Of a stretch of DNA of 64,000 bases, positions 9,927 to 20,181 are shown in pieces; within the stretch, counting starts at the first letter, position 1, and every line of letters begins with the position of its first letter. The notes under the pieces were generated by a model. The model was not told where the DNA came from. It searched no databases and saw only the letters and a list, made by a program, of their open reading frames with translations. Made by a program: the position numbers and the translations under genes. The stretch comes from a virus: the IMG/VR virus record IMGVR_UViG_3300037245_003639; one strand, given 5' to 3'.

Positions 9927-10207
9927 TATCGTCCCCAACCCTCAGGAACTTTCAGTCTGCGTTGACTGCCAGGAGAAGGAGCTGCGTTGGCGGGAGCCGG
10001 CAAATTCGTTATTTGTTGAGGCCACACTCTTAGACTGCGAACAGTATTTCCATCTGCGTGGTCAACCGCTGCATAATCAGAATAAACCTCTTTAGCGGGA
10101 TTGGTATAAATTGGACCATTTTGAAGTAACCAATAAGATATATCAGAACCAACTTGAAATACTTGAGTCAAGTCAATATTAGCCGATATCTTTTGCAACC
10201 AGTTCAT
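9926..10207 (-). CDS. hypothetical protein with MNWLQKI N-terminus
   Basis: 93-aa ORF starting MNWLQKISANI. Confidence 0.5.
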   Translation of the reverse strand: MNWLQKISANIDLTQVFQVGSDISYWLLQNGPIYTNPAKEVYSDYAAVDHADGNTVRSLRVWPQQITNLPAPANAAPSPGSQRRLKVPEGWGR

Positions 10208-10251
10208 AAGTTAACTGATACTGCAAAAAAGAGGAGGAACCCTGCCAATGT

Positions 10252-10497
10252 TTAGGACTTAAGAGTCGCTTTGGTCGCCCACATCACACGACCCTTATGC
10301 ATCAACCGACATGGCCAACATTGGTCTATACGTCTCAACCGCCATAATTGCCACCATCGCAAATCACAAACTTTGACCCATTTAGGATTTTGGGCAGCGT
10401 GAAGCCACCAGTCAGCGGGGATGATACGTTTGGTTTGACGAAGGACAAGGAGTGGTGAGTCAAATGGTGCGTCACATTCGATGGCTTCAAGAATCAT
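10252..10497 (-). CDS. hypothetical protein
   Basis: 81-aa W/R-rich ORF. Confidence 0.3.
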   Translation of the reverse strand: MILEAIECDAPFDSPLLVLRQTKRIIPADWWLHAAQNPKWVKVCDLRWWQLWRLRRIDQCWPCRLMHKGRVMWATKATLKS

Positions 10498-11192
10498 GAT
10501 TGTGTCCTGGAGGGTTCACTGTGTTTTTCATGCCAATCCACGGCTTTATCATAATCATAATAATAGAATACAGTTATCTGTACATCTAGTTTGCCGGGTT
10601 CTATTTCTACTTCCCTTGACCCACAAACAAAAAAACCACTTCGCTTCGACTTGCCATTTAGGCGGTAGAGTAGTTTGTAGATTCCGTCTGGTGGTTGGTG
10701 GTGGAAACTAACGCAAACCGTTTTCCTATCGTAATGTTCTATTTTTATAGTGGGTTTTTCCGTTGCAAGTTCTTTTACACACAAATACTTATCGGACTTA
10801 TCTAAAAGATTAAGTTCTTCATCCGGCAAACACAAATATAACTGTACAGATTCTTTGCCATCATCAGAGACCAACATGCATTCTCGTTCTAAAAAAAACG
10901 AACTAGGAATTAAACCCCAATTTGAGATCCGCAACTGTACCAATCTATCGACATGCCCTTGGAGATATCTTTTTCCTTGCAATTTCTGACCAGCAAATTC
11001 TAGTCGTTTCCAAGAATACAGCGTGCTCCAAATCAATAGAAATATCACACCAGCGAATACAGTGCTGAATACAGTGCTGAATACACTTTTGATAATCGGG
11101 CATGAATACAAAAAACCCAATATTTTCGGGCAATCTGGCGATAAAAAGAACATGCACAAAGCTATCACCACTAGCCACCAATATTTACTCAT
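10494..11192 (-). CDS. hypothetical membrane protein
   Basis: two hydrophobic N-terminal helices; internal SVFSTVFSTVF repeat. Confidence 0.5.
   Translation of the reverse strand: MSKYWWLVVIALCMFFLSPDCPKILGFLYSCPIIKSVFSTVFSTVFAGVIFLLIWSTLYSWKRLEFAGQKLQGKRYLQGHVDRLVQLRISNWGLIPSSFFLERECMLVSDDGKESVQLYLCLPDEELNLLDKSDKYLCVKELATEKPTIKIEHYDRKTVCVSFHHQPPDGIYKLLYRLNGKSKRSGFFVCGSREVEIEPGKLDVQITVFYYYDYDKAVDWHEKHSEPSRTQS
11055..11085. repeat. tandem 12-bp repeat (GAATACAGTGCT x2.6)
   Basis: seen directly; within membrane-protein gene. Confidence 0.7.
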
Positions 11193-12126
11193 AATTCATC
11201 ACCTTGTATTTCATGCTTGGAATTATACTCGGACGAATCAGGTCAAAAAGCTTAGGGGTCTCGGTGGTCGGGAAATAAACCCGAAGAAATTTGTTCCTTT
11301 TCTGTGGTTTGGGAGAGATGTTGTATCTCTCCGAGAACCAATCACATATCATGTCAATCTCATCACTTGTAAATGAATCAGTGCATAACTTCGCACCTGG
11401 CTGGGCATTCCACCCTTTTTTGATAAACCTGTCCCCCCAATCTGTCGTTCCGTCGTCCATATACCAAACCGCTACTGAAAATGCTGTCAGTTCATCCAGA
11501 ATGGCCTGAGTGATAACCTTCTTGCCATCAGGATAGAAAGCTCGGATTATTGTCTCTACATCAGTGTTGGCATTAGTGTAAAACCTGACATTCGTATACT
11601 CAGCATCATATCTTTTGTCATAGTAAGTCTCATCCTGAAGCGACTTCAACGATACATGCTCCTGCAACTCAGCGAACTTCCAGAGCAGATATTCACGTTG
11701 TTTAGCAGACTGCTTCATCTTGATAGACGAAGGTGACATCTTGCCGCAATCGCCCATCAGAGAGCCATAAATCAACTCCTTCTGACGTTGAGTGAGCGGT
11801 TTCTCGGTCTTCTTGCGATTGATAAACTTGGCGCCCAACCTTGGAATGTCCAAGTGTTCTCTAAGGAAACCGATGTAATCTTTGGAGATGTTGTATTTTG
11901 CTGCAATCTCAAACAGGGACATGCCACTCAAATAGTCCGACCGAAAGTTCGCCTCTGTGACATGATCAAAGAAGCCCTGATTCAAAGCCGACAAAAATTG
12001 GACATGGTTCTTAGAGACATCCAGCAGTTTCGGCATTCGCTTTACATGCATGCCTTCTGCTTTATGCTGTTTGAATTGCTCCAAAGTGAGACGACCACGC
12101 TTACGGTGTGATGGAATAACGCTCAT
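11185..12126 (-). CDS. LAGLIDADG homing endonuclease (two-motif, with N-terminal HTH)
   Basis: motifs LIYGSLMGDCG and VAVWYMDDGT; own TATAAT and AAGGAG immediately upstream. Confidence 0.8.
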   Translation of the reverse strand: MSVIPSHRKRGRLTLEQFKQHKAEGMHVKRMPKLLDVSKNHVQFLSALNQGFFDHVTEANFRSDYLSGMSLFEIAAKYNISKDYIGFLREHLDIPRLGAKFINRKKTEKPLTQRQKELIYGSLMGDCGKMSPSSIKMKQSAKQREYLLWKFAELQEHVSLKSLQDETYYDKRYDAEYTNVRFYTNANTDVETIIRAFYPDGKKVITQAILDELTAFSVAVWYMDDGTTDWGDRFIKKGWNAQPGAKLCTDSFTSDEIDMICDWFSERYNISPKPQKRNKFLRVYFPTTETPKLFDLIRPSIIPSMKYKVMNYE

Positions 12127-12127
12127 A

Positions 12128-12175
12128 AGAAAATCTCCTTCTGAGTATTATACTCACTCGGAAGGAGATTTTACT
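12128..12175 (-). promoter_or_regulatory. 12-bp inverted repeat (terminator-like hairpin for upstream gene) whose loop carries TATAAT + SD for the homing endonuclease
   Basis: AAAATCTCCTTC...GAAGGAGATTTT with T-run on minus strand; TATAAT in loop. Confidence 0.45.
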
Positions 12176-12224
12176 GGAAATATGTTTTCGGGAACTCGTT
12201 TTTGGTCTTACAAAAACCCCTTGT

Positions 12225-13271
12225 TTACGTGGCCGTCTTAAAGAGATATCGGAACCACCTTGAGCGACCTCCAGGAAGCGTATATTCTGGCACTGTGACA
12301 GTCACTGTCAGTCCGGTGTATGGACCTTTGGCCTTTTGCTCCAGAAGTTTTTCAAGCCATTCTTCGTAGTTCTTCTTGAGAGTATCCATTTGAGTAAAGA
12401 TGGTATTGGCTCGCTCCAGTCCGCCGAAAATCTTGGCAGGCTCTTGGAATTGGACATCCATCATCCAGCGACGAATCGCCTCAACGGCGGCTCCCCAGAA
12501 GACCGCAATCCCCCAACGCTCTGGGATGTTGCCCATATGATATGCTGAATGAGGAGGCCAGTTATTGAACAAGTTCATGGACTGAGCAATAAGAACATCC
12601 AGCTCGGAGTCTTTGAACCATCTGAAGTTATAAGATACCAGAACCTGGTCATAATCAGACAAAGCATTATCGAAAGTGATTTTGCCATTCATATAATCAA
12701 CTGAATAGCCAGATTCTTGCTCTTGATTATTTACTAAAATCTGGACGCCAGCGGCCTGATTCCAAGGTCCACTTTTAACACCGCCTGGAAAGGTTAGAGT
12801 AGCAATAGTTTTGTTTCTGTTTAGCCTTGCAGGCTCATGGAATACTGGAATATGCTGAGTATAGCCCATCAACAATTCAAGGTAACTTCTCCAACTGGTT
12901 GTGCGAAGACTGATGATATCGGCTGTGGCATCCAACACAACGAAGTCTTCAGAAAATGTTCCGGTCTCGGGGCCTGTGGCTGTTTCGTAAATGAAAGTGA
13001 CATCCAGAGAGTATTTACCAGTCGCCGCATCTGCCGCAATATTCCACGAAATAACGAACTTACCGAAAGCTAACTTATCCGTCTCGGTAAAAGTCTCTAC
13101 TTCTACTCCATCAGGGTCGTTGATAGTTACATCAATATCAGAGGGGTCATACAAATCTCCATTCACGTCGGTAAACGTGAAAAACAGAACGGCGACACTG
13201 CCGACTACAAACGATCCTCTACCGTCAAGTTCAACAGCCCCAGGGCTCGTAATGATTGGAGGAATTGGCAT
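12225..13271 (-). CDS. hypothetical protein (possibly structural)
   Basis: 348-aa ORF. Confidence 0.55.
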   Translation of the reverse strand: MPIPPIITSPGAVELDGRGSFVVGSVAVLFFTFTDVNGDLYDPSDIDVTINDPDGVEVETFTETDKLAFGKFVISWNIAADAATGKYSLDVTFIYETATGPETGTFSEDFVVLDATADIISLRTTSWRSYLELLMGYTQHIPVFHEPARLNRNKTIATLTFPGGVKSGPWNQAAGVQILVNNQEQESGYSVDYMNGKITFDNALSDYDQVLVSYNFRWFKDSELDVLIAQSMNLFNNWPPHSAYHMGNIPERWGIAVFWGAAVEAIRRWMMDVQFQEPAKIFGGLERANTIFTQMDTLKKNYEEWLEKLLEQKAKGPYTGLTVTVTVPEYTLPGGRSRWFRYLFKTAT

Positions 13272-14245
13272 TATGTCTCCTTGAACATTTCTGTTAGATC
13301 AATCGTTCCGAAACCTACCGCTTTCTTATTGAGGTCGGATAGAGAGCGAGAATATTTTCGTAGATGTTCTACCATTTGCTTTGGTGTTTCGCAGGGCGTT
13401 TTGGGTTTATCTACTTTTCGGTGCTGAGACAAAACAAGAGCACAAACTCCTGCCAACATCGGGCAAGCGTAAGACGTGCCTTTGGACTTACAGAAGGTAT
13501 TACCGATCCAAGTGCTATATATATCCACCCCTGGCATTGCGCAAAATACATTGATTCCCCGAGATGAGAATTTCGCGGCCTTATGGCGCTTGTCATAAGC
13601 TGCCACACCAATCACTTCGGGATAACGGGCAGGAAATGCGACATCAAAATGCCTCTTACCTGAGTTGCCTGCGGCTGCCAGGACGATAATATTTTTCCTG
13701 TAGGCAGTTTTGATAATATTGTGCAATGGCCTAAAGTTGAAAAATGAACCAGCCGATATTGAGATGATATCAACTCCTTTGTTGATGGCCCATTTGACTG
13801 AATTTACCATTGCAGCGGGGTTTCCTCTGCCGCCGTCATCGATAGCTTTTGCCAGATATAAAGATGCGCCGGGGGCTACGCCAATAATCCCTTCGTCGTT
13901 TTTCCTGGCGGCAATAATCCCACTGATAAAAGTTGAATGACCGAAATTATCTTTAACAGTGCGGGAATCTGTGAAATTTTTTGAGTCGGCCACATTCTGT
14001 GCAACCTCGAAATGGTCGCTGCGTCCGCTGTCAATCACACATACTTTGATTCCCTCCCCAAGAGTTTGTTTGTGAATTTCGGGGATATTCAGATCGGTCA
14101 AGCCCCAATCGTAGACTTCAGATAAGGTTTGATAGACGAACTCGATCTGTAAATCCGGCAATTGGATTCGTGGCAGCATAGAGACCTCCAGGATTATGTA
14201 TTGAGATCTTCTGCCCTTTTTTCCTTGGCCAATAAACGAACTCAC
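13271..14245 (-). CDS. subtilisin-like (S8) serine peptidase
   Basis: catalytic Asp region VCVIDSG, His region HSTFISGIIAA, Ser region GTSYACPMLAG. Confidence 0.8.
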   Translation of the reverse strand: MSSFIGQGKKGRRSQYIILEVSMLPRIQLPDLQIEFVYQTLSEVYDWGLTDLNIPEIHKQTLGEGIKVCVIDSGRSDHFEVAQNVADSKNFTDSRTVKDNFGHSTFISGIIAARKNDEGIIGVAPGASLYLAKAIDDGGRGNPAAMVNSVKWAINKGVDIISISAGSFFNFRPLHNIIKTAYRKNIIVLAAAGNSGKRHFDVAFPARYPEVIGVAAYDKRHKAAKFSSRGINVFCAMPGVDIYSTWIGNTFCKSKGTSYACPMLAGVCALVLSQHRKVDKPKTPCETPKQMVEHLRKYSRSLSDLNKKAVGFGTIDLTEMFKET

Positions 14246-14925
14246 TTGCTCTTATTGAAGAACTCAAGCTCATATGGCAAGTCAGCATGGAAATGAACAA
14301 TTTTGCGGAGAGCAATACCAGCATGGGCCACAAAGAGATCATCAGTATGAATCTCTCTAAACTGGTTAATAGCATCGAATTTGGGCAGCAACTGTTTGGG
14401 CAATTTTATGGGGGAAGCGTTTTGTATGTTGATATTCTGAGACAGATAAGTTCCATATCCTTTTTCTTGACGCTTGCGAGGATAATAGCTCAAACCATAT
14501 CCCTCACCAGCCCATTTCAAATCCGCCAATGCGAAGTATAGATCCAAGATTGTTTTGTGGGTGGTGACAGATCCGTTCATAATCCTACCAAAGAATTCGG
14601 CATGTCGGTCCACTGCCCCTGTTTTGGTAAAACCGAGATATCGTTTGGATGAGACCGATGATGCGAATTTTCTGGAGTCTTTTGTGCTGCTGGGGTTGAT
14701 GCACAGATCAGTATTATAAAAGATGGAAAGGTCAGAGAAGGTTAGATCCTGGTTAATATCCACACACCGTTTGATTCGTCGATTGTACTTCATCAACTCA
14801 AAGAGTTTAGGATTGCCTGCCCAAATAATTTGACACCCTGGGTACTTCTTATGTAATCCAATAAGTAAGCTGCCCAGAACTAATATCTCATGGTTAGGCC
14901 CAGACTGTATAAGAACTATCTTCAT
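14242..14925 (-). CDS. GT9 (heptosyltransferase) N-terminal-domain-like protein
   Basis: N-terminus MKIVLIQSGPNHEILVLGSLLIGLHKKYPGCQIIW resembles GT9 start; C-terminal nucleotide-binding half absent. Confidence 0.35.
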   Translation of the reverse strand: MKIVLIQSGPNHEILVLGSLLIGLHKKYPGCQIIWAGNPKLFELMKYNRRIKRCVDINQDLTFSDLSIFYNTDLCINPSSTKDSRKFASSVSSKRYLGFTKTGAVDRHAEFFGRIMNGSVTTHKTILDLYFALADLKWAGEGYGLSYYPRKRQEKGYGTYLSQNINIQNASPIKLPKQLLPKFDAINQFREIHTDDLFVAHAGIALRKIVHFHADLPYELEFFNKSK

Positions 14926-15206
14926 GCAATAGGTGGTCGGTTTTGGGTTTGCCTTAACAGATCCATTTCAGATTCTTCTTGCAAATTCTGTTCATATCTT
15001 TGTCTAAATTGCCTCATGTATTCAACGAACTGAGCGTGCAGGTGAGGATTCTCTTTGATAAATTTGATACATGCTGCATATATTAGTTCCTCATCAATGT
15101 CACCTAAAAATCCTTCTGCATGAAATCCAAGTTCTTTTTCATCGTCCAGTCCTGCATTATAGGATAAATCGGTCCAATTTATTTGAGCACTTTTTATTCG
15201 AAGCAT
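14922..15206 (-). CDS. hypothetical protein with MLRIKSAQINW N-terminus
   Basis: 94-aa ORF. Confidence 0.5.
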   Translation of the reverse strand: MLRIKSAQINWTDLSYNAGLDDEKELGFHAEGFLGDIDEELIYAACIKFIKENPHLHAQFVEYMRQFRQRYEQNLQEESEMDLLRQTQNRPPIA

Positions 15207-15248
15207 ATTTTCTCCAGAAATTTGGTAGGAAATCTCAAAGTTTCTGAT

Positions 15249-15569
15249 TTATTCAGAGATCAGCCACTCATCAAGATCTTCAGTATTGACGTAACCGGAC
15301 CCTCCGCTGGGGGTATCCTGATAGCCATCCTTGACATCCTCATCGTAGTTGGTTGCTTCAACTAAACCCAATTCAACGAAGTCTTCAAAAAGAGCACGCA
15401 TGTTTTCATAGGTGTTTGCCATTAAGTGCTTTTTGAAAGTTTTATATCGTGAATCGTTGCGGCCCTTCTCTCGATACGAAAATTCTTCAAGTTCCAAAGC
15501 ATACTTCATGCTCGACATCCAGCGGTGGTAGACCTGTCGGGCAAGTTGTTTCGCGGAAGTTTCGTTCAT
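15249..15569 (-). CDS. hypothetical protein
   Basis: 106-aa ORF. Confidence 0.45.
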   Translation of the reverse strand: MNETSAKQLARQVYHRWMSSMKYALELEEFSYREKGRNDSRYKTFKKHLMANTYENMRALFEDFVELGLVEATNYDEDVKDGYQDTPSGGSGYVNTEDLDEWLISE

Positions 15570-15572
15570 AAT

Positions 15573-16256
15573 TTAACCCTCAATCATGATTTCTGGTGCC
15601 ATATCACCACCAGAAGCAGCCCAATCACTGGAAGCTGCTGTTTCAGCCTTCACATCAGCAGGCACAAGAATCGCATCCAACGCAGCCTGCGCAGGTGAGA
15701 TCTTGGTTTTCTGCTTATGCTTATTGGCTTGAACATAACTTTCGGGAACTAACTCGACTTTTCCTTTACCAAGTAGAACTTGAAAATGTGAACTATCCAT
15801 TAATGTTTCTTCGCCAATTACGTCAACAGCAATAAAATGCCATTTACCATTCAGTCGTATTCCCTCTGGAAATTGTGGTGTCTGAATGTCCTCAATGAGG
15901 ATGGTGCCGTTGGCAGTTGGATGTAGGTAGTATTTATGTACCCCTGGGGAAGCAGGGGCTTGAGCTATCTTTTGTATCTGATTATGAGCATCCCAAGGTT
16001 GATTCCTATCTCCTAAAAGCCCAGTAAAACGACTTACTTCATTCTCCGGAATATCTTTGACTAACTCTAAATCTCCTTGGAGCCATTCTGCGAATTGTCC
16101 TTTGGTAATGAAATGAGCATCTTCAACGTATAGAATGTCATCATTGGGGACGTAATCTAATAAACTAGGATCTTCTATACGAATGATCTTTGTTTTTTCG
16201 TTTTCTGTGCAAATATAAATCTGTTCTTTATTTGCATCGTAGAATATGATTATCAT
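15573..16256 (-). CDS. hypothetical protein
   Basis: 227-aa ORF. Confidence 0.5.
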   Translation of the reverse strand: MIIIFYDANKEQIYICTENEKTKIIRIEDPSLLDYVPNDDILYVEDAHFITKGQFAEWLQGDLELVKDIPENEVSRFTGLLGDRNQPWDAHNQIQKIAQAPASPGVHKYYLHPTANGTILIEDIQTPQFPEGIRLNGKWHFIAVDVIGEETLMDSSHFQVLLGKGKVELVPESYVQANKHKQKTKISPAQAALDAILVPADVKAETAASSDWAASGGDMAPEIMIEG

Positions 16257-17743
16257 TGTCCACCTTTCAATTGTCGGTGTATTTCTTTGAGTCTGTCCGC
16301 TGCGAGAATCGCCGTATGATTCCAGGTATACTTATCCATAATCAGTTTCTGGAGTCGCTTGTTTCTACTCTGGGCTTCGGCATAATCATTCACAACAGAT
16401 CTCATTATCTGACGAAGTTGATTATGGACATCGGGTGAAGTCATTGCCGGGAACTTCTGACCGTCCCAGTAATGTATTTTCATTTGACCAGGACGAACTT
16501 CCTCAAGCCTATCAAATTCGAGCATATACGAGTTGTCAGGACGCAAGTACATTTGTTGTCCTGAACAGTTAGTCATTATAACCGGCAATCCGCACATAGA
16601 TGCTTCTAAAGGAGGCAACCCTCCGCCTTCTCCTCTGGTCGGCAAGACGAAACAATTGGCAGAACGGTATAACTTGGGCATATCTTGTTCTCGAATAACC
16701 TTCCCGTAACGTACCAAGTGTGGCAGGTCTTTATTGGGGAATTCATCCATGATAGTCTCAATGTCTGTTCTGGGTTTGTTTTTTTCATGTTTGCTGCGAC
16801 CAGATTGATAACGGCTCACAATCATTAAGCTTACGTTGTCAGCTTCTGAAAATTCATCAAAATAGGCTCTTGTCAGGACATCCCAGCCCTTTCTATAGTT
16901 CCAGGAAAACACGGAAATGAAAACGAAATCTTTGATATTTGGCCGAAAATCATAACGAGATCCATTCTCACAATACAGTTCTGTATCTACCCCAGTTGTA
17001 ATAGCGTGAATGGGTTTGTCTTTGATATGTTCTTTGAGTAACGCTGCCGACCAGGGGCTCGTCAACCAAATCTCATCGTAGAACTGGCAACCTTCAATAA
17101 ACTGATTTGGAATCGTATATGACTCGATAGTAGTGTAGAGAATTTTATACCGACCCGTACCCATCTCTGAGAATGAAGGAACAACACTGTCTATACGGAT
17201 ATGATTGCGGGATAGTTCGGTTCGTTCAAGGTGCATAAACTCTGATATCTCGTTCTCCGTAAGTTGATTTCTTCCCATTTTTGCATCGACTTGAAGTTTG
17301 AATCCCATCTCGCTTAATTTATGAGCCACATTGCGATTTACTTTACTGTAACCACTGGCATCGTAAAAAATACCATGGAACTTGATTTCAATCTCATCAT
17401 CAATCACATCTAGACTTGGTGGGTCTGGCAATTCTTCTTTAGGTTCGGACATTGAATCTGTCTCAGACCCGAAAAACTCTGTCGCAGCCTTCTGTTTTAG
17501 ATAAACAATTGCAGTTTCTATGCGTTCGCTGGGATTATGATGAACTATATCTACTGAAGGGCTAATGATCGCACTGCGCAGACCTCTTGATCTCTTCAGG
17601 AGATCCGGGTCAACTTCGTGAGTCCTGCCATCCTCGTACGGAAGATAGAAATCGATATCTTCTATATAAATAGTGTTCTTACTTTTGTTGATGATTTTCA
17701 TGCTCAACCTTCTCTTGGCATTATACTGGTTCCGCATCTTCAT
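16253..17743 (-). CDS. glycosyltransferase family 4 (GT-B, group 1)
   Basis: C-terminal EX7E-type motif GEGGGLPPLEASMCGLPVI. Confidence 0.7.
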   Translation of the reverse strand: MKMRNQYNAKRRLSMKIINKSKNTIYIEDIDFYLPYEDGRTHEVDPDLLKRSRGLRSAIISPSVDIVHHNPSERIETAIVYLKQKAATEFFGSETDSMSEPKEELPDPPSLDVIDDEIEIKFHGIFYDASGYSKVNRNVAHKLSEMGFKLQVDAKMGRNQLTENEISEFMHLERTELSRNHIRIDSVVPSFSEMGTGRYKILYTTIESYTIPNQFIEGCQFYDEIWLTSPWSAALLKEHIKDKPIHAITTGVDTELYCENGSRYDFRPNIKDFVFISVFSWNYRKGWDVLTRAYFDEFSEADNVSLMIVSRYQSGRSKHEKNKPRTDIETIMDEFPNKDLPHLVRYGKVIREQDMPKLYRSANCFVLPTRGEGGGLPPLEASMCGLPVIMTNCSGQQMYLRPDNSYMLEFDRLEEVRPGQMKIHYWDGQKFPAMTSPDVHNQLRQIMRSVVNDYAEAQSRNKRLQKLIMDKYTWNHTAILAADRLKEIHRQLKGGQ

Positions 17744-17767
17744 CGAACAAGTTGGGTATAATGAGAA

Positions 17768-18469
17768 ATGCCAGCTTGTGAAATTACGCTTGACGACTCA
17801 GACGTAATTGAAGATATCTCTCAGCTAGATCCTGGTTCTTTTGAGCCACTTTACTGGGCACTTGAAGATTCGATCTATAAAAGCGAATTACCACTGGCCC
17901 GAATGATTTATAGAGATTTTCTTTATCTTGCTAAGCACCGTAAACAAGTCCTTACGAACGCTTTGCAATCTGCCTACATAACCAGACTCCAAGAAATTGC
18001 CTTTGAGCTTTACGATGAGAAATCATTCAAAGCACGCAAACCCATCGCCATCAAACAGGCGAGTTATTGCAAAAAACTTCCGTTTGATAAAGAAAGCGAT
18101 TTGCGCGATTATCTCGCTGTGAATTCGGATGTTCTCTCAGATGCTCTCGAAGAGGATGTGAGAGTTGTGGACACGGAAGTCAGAACAGATTGTGATTATC
18201 GTTGTGATATTTTGGCGAGTAGCGAGCGAGTTTACTATCCGATAGAACTAAAACTTGGGCAGGCCAATCATGCGGTTGTTTCCCAGATCACCAAATATTG
18301 CTATTTCTTCTACCGTAAATTTAGATACGGGTGGCACAAGCCTATCCAGGGGGTAGTAGTTGCCGCAGGTTTCGATGCCTGGAGTATCAACGAGCTAAGA
18401 AGAGAAGGGATATGGATATTCGATATCTTTCCTAACAGAGATGGGGTTAAGTTAATCAGGATTCCCTAA
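17768..18469 (+). CDS. PD-(D/E)xK nuclease-fold protein
   Basis: DYRCDILA ... YYPIELK motif; TATAAT just upstream. Confidence 0.45.
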   Translation: MPACEITLDDSDVIEDISQLDPGSFEPLYWALEDSIYKSELPLARMIYRDFLYLAKHRKQVLTNALQSAYITRLQEIAFELYDEKSFKARKPIAIKQASYCKKLPFDKESDLRDYLAVNSDVLSDALEEDVRVVDTEVRTDCDYRCDILASSERVYYPIELKLGQANHAVVSQITKYCYFFYRKFRYGWHKPIQGVVVAAGFDAWSINELRREGIWIFDIFPNRDGVKLIRIP

Positions 18470-19140
18470 CCGCCCCAGTTGGTAGTAACCTCAATATCGA
18501 GATCAGAGAACATTTTGTATAACTTCTCTGTATCCTGTTCCGGCTTGAACCCATAGGTTGTGATATCCAAATTGGGAACGGATTTGGTCCAACAATATTT
18601 CCTGACAGCAGATTCGCATATTCGATGAGCTATGGTAACACAAGTTCTTCCCCAGTCGGCATGGTGAACAGTTTCCACTATATCAGATAGGAGTCTTATG
18701 TTAGTATCAATGTTATCTCCCACCAGCATAAACGATTTGTCGAACTCGCCAATACTTTCCGCGAAATCCTGGAATTCATCATCGGATAGTTTAGTCACAT
18801 AATTCTCTTTAACCACTGCGATATTGGAGGATTCGGCATCTTTGTATGATGCGATCTTCAACAATTTCCCATCAATGATTGTCTCATTGAGATGAACTAC
18901 ATCATTAAAAGGAATCAGAAGAGGGAAATCGTAAAACCGATAAAAGTACGTTGATTGCCGCATAACAGCTTGTTGGCTGGTTTTGAATTCAATAAAAAAC
19001 TCATCGGTTTTGAGAGGTTGTCTCTGGCCCTCTCGGTATATATTATCAAAGCACAACAAAATACCGTTGTCGTGGACGACATACGGGATGTCAGATTCTT
19101 GTGAAAGGACTAAAGGTTCTACGTGGCGTACCCAGCGCAT
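18466..19140 (-). CDS. hypothetical protein
   Basis: 224-aa ORF. Confidence 0.5.
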   Translation of the reverse strand: MRWVRHVEPLVLSQESDIPYVVHDNGILLCFDNIYREGQRQPLKTDEFFIEFKTSQQAVMRQSTYFYRFYDFPLLIPFNDVVHLNETIIDGKLLKIASYKDAESSNIAVVKENYVTKLSDDEFQDFAESIGEFDKSFMLVGDNIDTNIRLLSDIVETVHHADWGRTCVTIAHRICESAVRKYCWTKSVPNLDITTYGFKPEQDTEKLYKMFSDLDIEVTTNWGG

Positions 19141-19227
19141 AGTCTCTCGCTTGTATAATTGCTCTGGATTATACCGGAGTTACCAGTGTCGTTCGAAATA
19201 AGTCAAAAACGAAAGTTCCATAATCTA

Positions 19228-20181
19228 ATGGGATACTGTGCCGACGAGCACAATCTTTACACTCTCTCGGCTCTTGACAATCACTTTGAGTTGGCGGCGT
19301 TCGATGGGCAAACCTTCAGCCAGATCTCTCGCTTCGTCATCGCCTATTACCCATATATCAAAGTATCACCGTTTATACACGGGAACACGATCTTCTTACC
19401 AGCAGTTGATGGCCGCATTATAGGGTTAGATTCTCATTCAAATGAACGAACCGTAGACGTTGATCTCGGCCCGACTATGGTTGCGTCAGAGCCGAAATGT
19501 GATGATGAGTTTATCTACTCTGTCTGTTCGATACCAATTTCAAATAGGCCCACTACCGATACGGACATCTCGGTAATCTGTATAAACGACCTCACTTCAG
19601 GCAAAAAGAGAGGACAAAGTTGTGTTCTAAAGGGAAGGACTTCTCCGTTGGTTTTAGGTAAAAAGATATGGGTTGCATCTGAAAAACTTCTCAGCCGATT
19701 TAGCAAACAAGGTGAACAAGAGAAAACGACTACCCTAAATTTCTCCTTATCATTTTCCCCTATCGTAACGGATAAGAGAATATTCACTTTTTCTGACTTC
19801 GGAGGAATCGAAATCTTCGATTTGGAATTGGAGCCCATTGCCCGCTTGATGTCTGGAAAGAACAAATGTTCTCCAATCCAAGTTGGAAACGAAGTTTTCT
19901 GGCTAACAGAGAAAGTTCTCTATAAATTAAATCTGGACACAGAAAAGGTGGAAAGACTCACAGTTTTGCCATCAAAAACTTGCAAGGGTAAAGCTGTATT
20001 TTCCAGAAATCGTATTTATGCGGCTACGCGGGATAATCAGGTTGTGAGCTTTGATATAGGACAAAACCACGCAACCAGTCTAACCGTGGGTAACAACTTA
20101 CGAGACCCAGTAGCAACTAGAAATGAAGTCTTTATAGCCACAGACAGTGAGATATATCAACTATGCTCGACTACGCCATAA
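19228..20181 (+). CDS. beta-propeller-like protein
   Basis: repeat-rich; ORF could start at TTG 19159. Confidence 0.45.
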   Translation: MGYCADEHNLYTLSALDNHFELAAFDGQTFSQISRFVIAYYPYIKVSPFIHGNTIFLPAVDGRIIGLDSHSNERTVDVDLGPTMVASEPKCDDEFIYSVCSIPISNRPTTDTDISVICINDLTSGKKRGQSCVLKGRTSPLVLGKKIWVASEKLLSRFSKQGEQEKTTTLNFSLSFSPIVTDKRIFTFSDFGGIEIFDLELEPIARLMSGKNKCSPIQVGNEVFWLTEKVLYKLNLDTEKVERLTVLPSKTCKGKAVFSRNRIYAATRDNQVVSFDIGQNHATSLTVGNNLRDPVATRNEVFIATDSEIYQLCSTTP

